A stretch of DNA of 64,000 nt from a virus (Duplodnaviria > Caudoviricetes): the IMG/VR virus record IMGVR_UViG_3300047297_000146, positions 1,835-65,834 of that record; one strand, 5' to 3'. Every line of letters starts with the position of its first letter. Positions within the stretch are counted from its first letter, which is position 1. The notes under the pieces were generated by a model that saw nothing but the letters and a program-made list of their open reading frames with translations, made no database searches and had not been told where the DNA came from. Shown piece after piece: positions 58,401-64,000 of the stretch. The position numbers and the translations under genes are program-made.

Positions 58401-59033
58401 AATAGGGGCTGTATTTCTTGCACCTATTTGTGCACCAGCCATAACCTGTAATGATGATGCCGTTGCTATTGGTTTTACGTTTTTGATTTGATCGTAGTTT
58501 AGATTAGGTAATGTCTCTGCTTCTACGGTACTACCATTCATGCGTACTCTAAACAAAGGGTTGGTTGAACCACTACAGCCATAGACATATCGTCCATACT
58601 GAACCATGCGTACGTTGTCAGCATTAGTAATATTTAATGGACTACCAGTTGTCCTATCATTTAGTACTACTGGTTGATTTGCAGTTGTGTATCTTGTACC
58701 TAAACTACTGTACTGAGCGGTGTCATATGTATATAGTCCAGTGCCACTGGCAAATAACAACCTACTAGTTTGTCCAGCATCACGTAGGACAGTCAGTTCT
58801 CTAATTGGATTTGCCAATGCAAAGTCATATGCAGGAGAACCTGTAGTGTTGTACCAAACAGAAGCCCAGCCATTACGTGGACGAACCGTACCAGCAGTAA
58901 TGAATAAATTGTTTAGGCTTTGGCAGAACCCAGCATCAATACGCGACGGGTCGTTATAGGTATCAATACCTTGAAACTTGCGATCACCGAGCGTAAATGG
59001 TTGCTGATTATTTCTAACTTGTCGTACTGCCAT
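55416..59033 (-). CDS. Tail nozzle/stabilisation protein (P22 gp10/T7 gp12-like) with inserted domains
   Basis: FQGID, N...G.VRPRNG and beta-propeller-like motifs (FNSRLFV, YVYD..W); start MAVRQ. Confidence 0.65.
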   Translation of the reverse strand: MAVRQVRNNQQPFTLGDRKFQGIDTYNDPSRIDAGFCQSLNNLFITAGTVRPRNGWASVWYNTTGSPAYDFALANPIRELTVLRDAGQTSRLLFASGTGLYTYDTAQYSSLGTRYTTANQPVVLNDRTTGSPLNITNADNVRMVQYGRYVYGCSGSTNPLFRVRMNGSTVEAETLPNLNYDQIKNVKPIATASSLQVMAGAQIGARNTAPILTSGFSSLPSAAWVNQIGDPSFELNVNSGFNRWNYNTTDVQNITSGATNKFATTAKNPQNYISTRDGTTGKRCIKIDQIQDFLTQDIDVRTINLVSDSEPFTFSVLAGALSNVVTTTSHGLSIGQKIQFQATTGGVSVTAIYYVRTIVNTTTFTVTTDSTLLSGPFVFTAVSSSTFKVIKNAGLYVFTCYIWNEDDLTNFVSANTIDIRVNAYKTTDNSAFASNQRIDGAEVYYNARPSAARNSSDWQRFEVFVDFREYANIMTGIQIRLSTAFDRGGGSYVLIEDTSLYAINSALALSDPQDDPTGLAKLMGKQDNTTFEATSPVDTYARYLEGEYIKIDLGANYSFTETESLSIRAAFSEVINSSIPPFSLGFRVGNKTEWTGQCSYDKDKGYLTFQLFPVSQAFRTSVRYLYFKLDYDLPTLRNNEWCISFGEITKQGALTPSSKYSYALSLWRPYTLPSSPTAAAGVAAWATTPELPTGDGFETTPTQFSADVTITAAVNQVTLKLYAGDLRRIGGGNCVYKYGLLYRKNVLTGDDVGRLIAIIDLDTGTSYVDGTKWNGATSSFSDVATNEITFTDQVQDSGLLFDNGIGTRGYRLRRGRDSFPTGCTAIAVFNSRLFVSVNNTIYTSWLLDPANEYGIYTTNVPDFNDAMMKTKGTSFSISSRTDEEQIMDMVPIGGDGLIRENSTSAALAILRERSTYLLTGDNPSTFASQGFLQGEGTGLLAKRGACIVNGRIVYLTSSGIMQLTGMQLEPIGLPLEGVLNIRSQDYGPLSSGSYINAAAYAQSELCVHDRRIHVLAPVAGEAAGSTCTRMYVYDTRIGGWVNWTNPVSYTSMVSVETADDTQELYVGSRNGKLFRLEGYSDVIYGASSRVSTGITWSLVSREYGQSAAEGNMYYSANKLHSLNFHLSNDSATPVLTNWSLTGMNGISSTGSYLWPASKESVVSQRHIQRSADRQTFTITISGTTSTAWKLFSFHATTTEGNTPRA

Positions 59034-60160
59034 TACGAACACCCTTTTCGTGACCAACCACACGCCACAACACTACTGTTGCTAAATGCGTTTAGAGTTA
59101 CATTTTCTACATCGTATTGTACATTAGGTGCCACATTAAACTGATAATTGCAAGTGTCTGGGTTATATCCATAATTAAATAATCTAAACACTGGAATAGT
59201 AGATGGCAGTGACGCAATTCCTACTCCACCTGTTACTAACCAGTTACAAGTTACATAATCACCAACTTCCCAGTCTGGGCATGGGCAAGGTACTGCTGCA
59301 TCTGTTACTGTTGCGTTAGCATTAATAGTTGCTATGCCAGTAATGCTAGATGCGTTTCTGGAAATACTATTAGCGGTACTTGTTACTGATGCAACACCGG
59401 TAATACTGGAGTTAGCTTGTTTCTCACGGATGCCAGCTGCAACTATCGATCCAATACCAGTAATGGATGAACTGACTTGTACTTCTTTTGTAAGCGCACC
59501 GGTGATTGTTACTACACCTATAAGGCTTGATAAACCACGTTTCTCAACAACACCAGCAGCTGATATGGAAGCAATACCAGTAACACTTGCTGTGCCATTT
59601 ACAACGCCACCAAGAACTGCATTTGCGTTGATTGATGCAATGCCGGAGATACTTGATGTAGCTCTTTTTTCAACGATGCCTACAGATGTTATTGACGCTA
59701 TACCAGATACATTGGATGTAGCCGTTACGATGCCGGAGATTATTCCATCTGCTATGACTGTTGCAACGCCAGATATTGATGACGTGGCTCGTTTTTCAAC
59801 AAGGCCAGCAGCTGTTATTGAAGCAACACCAACTAGTGAACTACTTCCTAGTTTCTGAACAACACCAGCGCTGGTAACTGTTGCAATACCAGTAAGTGAA
59901 CTAATCCCTCGCTTTTCAACAATAGCAGACGATGTAACGGTTGCGACACCAACAACTGATGATGCACCTAACTTGTTTGCTTGACCGATTGATGTAACTG
60001 TAGCAACACCAGAAACACTAGCTGTTGCTCGTTTTTCTACTACACCTGCTGACGTAACAGCAGCCAGTGCAACAAAAGATGCACTGGCTGAGATGACCCC
60101 GGCGGTACTGCCTTTGCCAAAGGCCCATTTACCCCACCAAGAAATATAACCATCGGCCAT
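59033..60160 (-). CDS. Virion protein with 13 tandem 20-22-aa beta repeats
   Basis: Unit like ATSSISGIASITSAGVVEKR. Confidence 0.65.
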   Translation of the reverse strand: MADGYISWWGKWAFGKGSTAGVISASASFVALAAVTSAGVVEKRATASVSGVATVTSIGQANKLGASSVVGVATVTSSAIVEKRGISSLTGIATVTSAGVVQKLGSSSLVGVASITAAGLVEKRATSSISGVATVIADGIISGIVTATSNVSGIASITSVGIVEKRATSSISGIASINANAVLGGVVNGTASVTGIASISAAGVVEKRGLSSLIGVVTITGALTKEVQVSSSITGIGSIVAAGIREKQANSSITGVASVTSTANSISRNASSITGIATINANATVTDAAVPCPCPDWEVGDYVTCNWLVTGGVGIASLPSTIPVFRLFNYGYNPDTCNYQFNVAPNVQYDVENVTLNAFSNSSVVACGWSRKGCS

Positions 60161-60573
60161 TAGGTCACACTAATAGTAAGGTTGGATGCTAAGAATTTAA
60201 ATACGTCTCCAGATGCAACAACTCTACTAGTCGTTAATGCACCGCCAAACAAAAAGTTACCGGCACCAGATGCATTCCATATGCCAACGTGTGTAACTGT
60301 TCCAGACCATGTAACTGTCCCTGACGCAGGATAAACAATTTCAGCGGTGTTAGTTGCACTTGCTGTTCCACCAGTAGTTTTAGTCCATCCAGCTGCAGCC
60401 ACAGAAATGCGAGCGTAGTTACCACCGGTAACTTCATTTGCACCTGTATCTGCTGGGTCTGCAGTATGTAGTGATACCCATACAGTTCCTGCGGTAGGAA
60501 GTGTAGCAAACGTAGCGCCCGAAAACGCCCATCCAATAATCTGGTCTTCCAAGTAGTTCGAGAATGCTGCCAT
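60160..60573 (-). CDS. Small tail-fibre-associated structural protein
   Basis: FSNYLE, LHTADP, EV.GG.YAR, VTHVGIW and GN.LF motifs. Confidence 0.7.
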   Translation of the reverse strand: MAAFSNYLEDQIIGWAFSGATFATLPTAGTVWVSLHTADPADTGANEVTGGNYARISVAAAGWTKTTGGTASATNTAEIVYPASGTVTWSGTVTHVGIWNASGAGNFLFGGALTTSRVVASGDVFKFLASNLTISVT

Positions 60574-60581
60574 AATTCCTC

Positions 60582-61781
60582 CTAGGTAGGATCTATACTT
60601 ATTATAGGGTTAGCCGATGGATCAGAACCAACAGTTGCTGTCCAAGCAGCTGCTGTGTCATCTTCCTGATATACAGTCAATGTCCCTGATGCAATGACTG
60701 ATTTGTTGCGAATAGCTCTCATTGCTGAAAGTATGTCACGTCCAGTTATCTTAGTTGCTGTGAATGCACCAGTAGAACCAGTGGAAACACCAAGACCGCC
60801 TTGAGTAAGAGCAAGTTCAAATGTTGTGCTAGTTACTGTAGATCTTACCCAATAAGCAACACCTAAAGCAAAGTTTGCTGGAGCCGTTCCCACGAATGCA
60901 ACTCGATCATCAACTACTAATGTATTTACTGCATTAAATGTTCCGGGTGAAGAAATAGATGTAATCGCAATGTTATTGGCTGCTCCAGCTGCTGCCAGAC
61001 TCCTGTTAAGTATTGCATCTGCAATTTCGGTAAGCGCAGAAGTTGCTAGTTCATCACTTGTAATTGCGTCTGTAGCAATAGCAGCAGCTGTAATTACATT
61101 ATTTTGCATTGCGTGTATATTAGCAGCAATATGGTTAGATGCACCAATAGTTACTTCATTTGTAGTTGATGAAGATAACGTCCTAACAACTCTCGCCCCA
61201 AAGGAGTTGACTGTTGTATACGACGCAAGCAATGCATCCCAGACGGCAGATGCTGTTTGCGCTGTGGTCAGAGGAGCCGTTGTAAGGCTGTATCCAGTCT
61301 TGTCGTTGTTGGTTACAACTGTTACCTGCCCAGTAGCATTACCTGTCGAGATGGCGCCTGTAGTACCCTGTGCAACGTTAGGTATAGCTGTTAGCCCAAG
61401 ACGTACAGCATCGTCAGGATTGAACCCTACAATCTGATATTCAAGGACAACTGGAGCCATATTAGTTGCGCCTTTTAGCATAACTACAGATTTATCAGCT
61501 GTCGCAAATACTACGTTAGGTACGTCGAACCTATACACTCCCGGCATTAACGCAGCGTCAACTTCGATAAATCCACCTGAAGACCAAGCTGCATTTGCAC
61601 TAGCTAATGATGCAAGGCCTATTGATGCTGCAGTGCCACGCTCTACTACATAAGCCGCAGTCAATCCAGCCGACAAGTAAGTAAGACCAGTTAACCCTGC
61701 TCCCGTAGTGCTGGACGAGTTCTGTATAAAGATGTATTCGCTTCGGCTAGTGTTATTTAATTGTACTAATTGTTTAGCCAC
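60582..61781 (-). CDS. Tail fibre/appendage protein
   Basis: SGGFIEVDA..MPGVYR domain; paralogous to the C-terminus of the 63162 ORF. Confidence 0.6.
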   Translation of the reverse strand: MAKQLVQLNNTSRSEYIFIQNSSSTTGAGLTGLTYLSAGLTAAYVVERGTAASIGLASLASANAAWSSGGFIEVDAALMPGVYRFDVPNVVFATADKSVVMLKGATNMAPVVLEYQIVGFNPDDAVRLGLTAIPNVAQGTTGAISTGNATGQVTVVTNNDKTGYSLTTAPLTTAQTASAVWDALLASYTTVNSFGARVVRTLSSSTTNEVTIGASNHIAANIHAMQNNVITAAAIATDAITSDELATSALTEIADAILNRSLAAAGAANNIAITSISSPGTFNAVNTLVVDDRVAFVGTAPANFALGVAYWVRSTVTSTTFELALTQGGLGVSTGSTGAFTATKITGRDILSAMRAIRNKSVIASGTLTVYQEDDTAAAWTATVGSDPSANPIISIDPT

Positions 61782-62892
61782 GTATGCCTCCCGACATTCC
61801 GGGATGAACTAACATCCCTCCACCACTAGCACTTGCTGTAGCAGCACTGATGAGCAACTTCCAAGCTGGGACTGCTGTATCGGTATCAGTCCATGCACCA
61901 GCATTAGTGCGTTGAGTCCTTTGGTATATACCGGAACCAGTAAATGCCCTAACAACAGTATTGTTTGGAAAGTTTACTTGAAGAAAAGTAGTAAACCCTA
62001 ATGATGCATTAGTTACTTCTACTGTGATCCTGTATGTGCTTCCGGGTGTCAAGCTTGCCAGTGTAGACGTATCAAACATAAGCGTTCGGAGGTTTGCAGT
62101 GTTAGTACCGGCATAGATTTCGGTTGCCGTAAAAGACTTACTTTGCAGGAGTGAGCCACCACTGTCATACAAATTTAGCGTAGCCGTAGACGCGCTGTTG
62201 GTTATACCAAAAATGCCGTTAACGCCTAAGACGTTATAGTTTGTTGTCCACGATGATTCGAGACTGAACTTAACTCCAATCTCGTCTGGAGTAGATGCGC
62301 TATTCCAACTAGTTACGTTAGACGGAGTAACTTGCGGGTTGCCATATGTAGCAGTACTAGATTCACAATATATATTTGCATGAGCTTGAGGGTTGTTATT
62401 GTTACTAGCAACACCACCAGCCACTGATTTCATCGTAGGAAACGATGTTACATTCTGACCTACGCCAGAAAACAACGTCGTAAACTGCAAGTTATTTGAA
62501 GCATCCCACGTTCCAGATTGTGCATACATAACAATTGCATACAACTGACCTCTGGTTACGGACGCAGTTCCATTTGCCGTTATGTCTAGATTCACACCAC
62601 TAAAGTTAGGAAAGTTAGTTGAGTCAGCAGTGTAATCTGTGTAGCCTAGCCACGTCCCACTAATGTCACCACTTGTGTTTACTGATTGAATTCCAACACG
62701 ACACGTACCCGGTGTAGCATTTGTTCCGCGAGCATCAAAGTAAAAACCCACCTTGGTAATGGTAGCGGATTCTTCTGCTTGTCTAATACACGCTACATAA
62801 TCACCTATAGCTCGTATTTGCCTGTTGCCAGAGTTACTAGTACTTGTTGGTTGTGGCAAAAACCAAGGGTGGATAAAGTCTACTCTAGCCAA
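61774..62892 (-). CDS. Virion structural protein (two beta-sandwich-like halves)
   Basis: Ser/Thr/Asn-rich; lies within the fibre cluster. Confidence 0.5.
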   Translation of the reverse strand: MARVDFIHPWFLPQPTSTSNSGNRQIRAIGDYVACIRQAEESATITKVGFYFDARGTNATPGTCRVGIQSVNTSGDISGTWLGYTDYTADSTNFPNFSGVNLDITANGTASVTRGQLYAIVMYAQSGTWDASNNLQFTTLFSGVGQNVTSFPTMKSVAGGVASNNNNPQAHANIYCESSTATYGNPQVTPSNVTSWNSASTPDEIGVKFSLESSWTTNYNVLGVNGIFGITNSASTATLNLYDSGGSLLQSKSFTATEIYAGTNTANLRTLMFDTSTLASLTPGSTYRITVEVTNASLGFTTFLQVNFPNNTVVRAFTGSGIYQRTQRTNAGAWTDTDTAVPAWKLLISAATASASGGGMLVHPGMSGGIRG

Positions 62893-63142
62893 TTTTTTCT
62901 ATCCACGCACCGTTAGGTGCAGTTGTATCAAAGATTGCTTCTCCACCAGTTGTGGCATTGACAAGATATTCTTGCACCAACAATGATCGCATCAAAGCCA
63001 TTGGGTAGTTTGTCTGGCATTGATATATCTCGTCTTGCCACTGTTGATCTGTAAGCGTAATGACTTGACCGTTGTTGAATTCAATAGCAATTGCTCCGTC
63101 TTCAGTAGTTGTCGCGTCTGTGATTTGTAGTGTGCTACGCAT
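62885..63142 (-). CDS. Hypothetical protein
   Basis: 85 aa, coupled to the downstream gene. Confidence 0.5.
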   Translation of the reverse strand: MRSTLQITDATTTEDGAIAIEFNNGQVITLTDQQWQDEIYQCQTNYPMALMRSLLVQEYLVNATTGGEAIFDTTAPNGAWIEKIG

Positions 63143-63161
63143 TAATATTTTCCTACTTACT

Positions 63162-64000
63162 TTACGACGGATCTACCGTCACGTCAGAAGTGTTAGACAA
63201 CGATGCAGTCCATGCAGTGGCTGAATCGTCCTCTTTGTATACCGTCATTATGTTACTTCCTACAGACACCTTATTACGCATTGCTCGCAATGCACTACGA
63301 ACGGTACGTTCGTTGAGTGTGTCAGTGCCGTCACCCGTACTGTCTAACTTACGATTCAGAATAGCGTCTGCCGTCTGTGCCGCTGTTAGACCACCAGAGG
63401 ACAGTTTGACCGTCATCACCGCACCGTTAGTACCAGATGCACCACGCACCACGACTGTCACATCGTCAGCACCAGCAGCAAGTGCAGCATCGGGAAGGTC
63501 TAAGCGATAGACCCCCGGCATATTGGTAGCGTCTACCTCAGCAAAGCCACCAGAAGTCCACGCCTGTGCGATTGTACGGGCTACCAGCGGGATGCTTACT
63601 GATGCTGTGCGTGTCCTGTTGTAGCGAGCTGAGAGACCAGATGTGGAGGCTGTGAGCCCAGTAACACCGAGATACAGTTCGATTGATTGTGATGTTGAGC
63701 CGGGAGCGATTGTGATCGCAGATGCTTGTCTGTCGGTTGGCATATAGTTGCCTACCGGAGAGTAGTTGTAGAACTCAGCAGCTCCAATGGTTGGTGTTGC
63801 TGGTGTAATCCACGTCACACCATATATGTCTGTAGCAGGAGCCAGCGTATTTATACCCGCGTTTACCTGCAATCCTTGGTTTGTAATTGCACCAGTAAAT
63901 GTGTAATCTCCCCAACCTTGGATTCTTGATATGTCACCATTTTTGAATGCAAAAGCATTTTCGTATGTGGTTGCGCTTGAATTTACATTTGACCTAACGG
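63162..64000 (-). CDS. Tail fibre/tailspike, 5' truncated by window edge
   Basis: Frame stays open to 64000; VNAG..APATDIYG..W...IGAAE resembles the motif closing pectin-lyase-like beta-helices, followed by the MPGVYR domain. Confidence 0.65.
   Translation of the reverse strand, partial: VRSNVNSSATTYENAFAFKNGDISRIQGWGDYTFTGAITNQGLQVNAGINTLAPATDIYGVTWITPATPTIGAAEFYNYSPVGNYMPTDRQASAITIAPGSTSQSIELYLGVTGLTASTSGLSARYNRTRTASVSIPLVARTIAQAWTSGGFAEVDATNMPGVYRLDLPDAALAAGADDVTVVVRGASGTNGAVMTVKLSSGGLTAAQTADAILNRKLDSTGDGTDTLNERTVRSALRAMRNKVSVGSNIMTVYKEDDSATAWTASLSNTSDVTVDPS

Noticed and set aside
60582-63743. Diversity-generating retroelement TR/VR pair
   Set aside because: Both copies are coding and diverge generally rather than adenine-specifically; no reverse transcriptase in the window.
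1001-63929. Many 60-170-aa antisense or alternative-frame ORFs in the track
   Set aside because: They overlap well-supported genes, lack RBSs and look like shadow ORFs.

Overview
A large part of a dsDNA tailed-phage genome, probably podovirus-like and cut within the structural region. It has a P22-like portal, a tail-nozzle protein and very large putative ejection proteins; I found no tail tube, tape measure, integrase or DNA polymerase. Minus strand 1-21.6 kb: holin, adaptors, major capsid, scaffold, portal, terminase L/S, a 2105-aa protein, small basic proteins, ssb, dut, thyX, tRNA-Leu(UAA) and tRNA-Asn(GUU). Plus strand 21.9-38.9 kb: early region of about 35 small orphan ORFs, then VRR-NUC, annealing protein, Gam-like, LmbU-like, initiator and DnaB. 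Minus strand 38.9-64 kb: CHAP endolysin, 4264-aa protein, ejection proteins, nozzle and fibres. The strongest signal is a dense RNA-level layer. Four hammerhead ribozymes (three type III, one type II) sit in alternate intergenic gaps at the start of the early region, so exactly two ORFs lie between consecutive cut sites, and two of them share stem III so the intervening piece could self-circularise. There is also a duplicated H-type pseudoknot, a 3-hairpin RNA with loops mimicking the 16S anti-Shine-Dalgarno, a recurring promoter-overlapping motif and several leaderless genes. Protein calls rest on motif recognition and synteny only; no searches were run.
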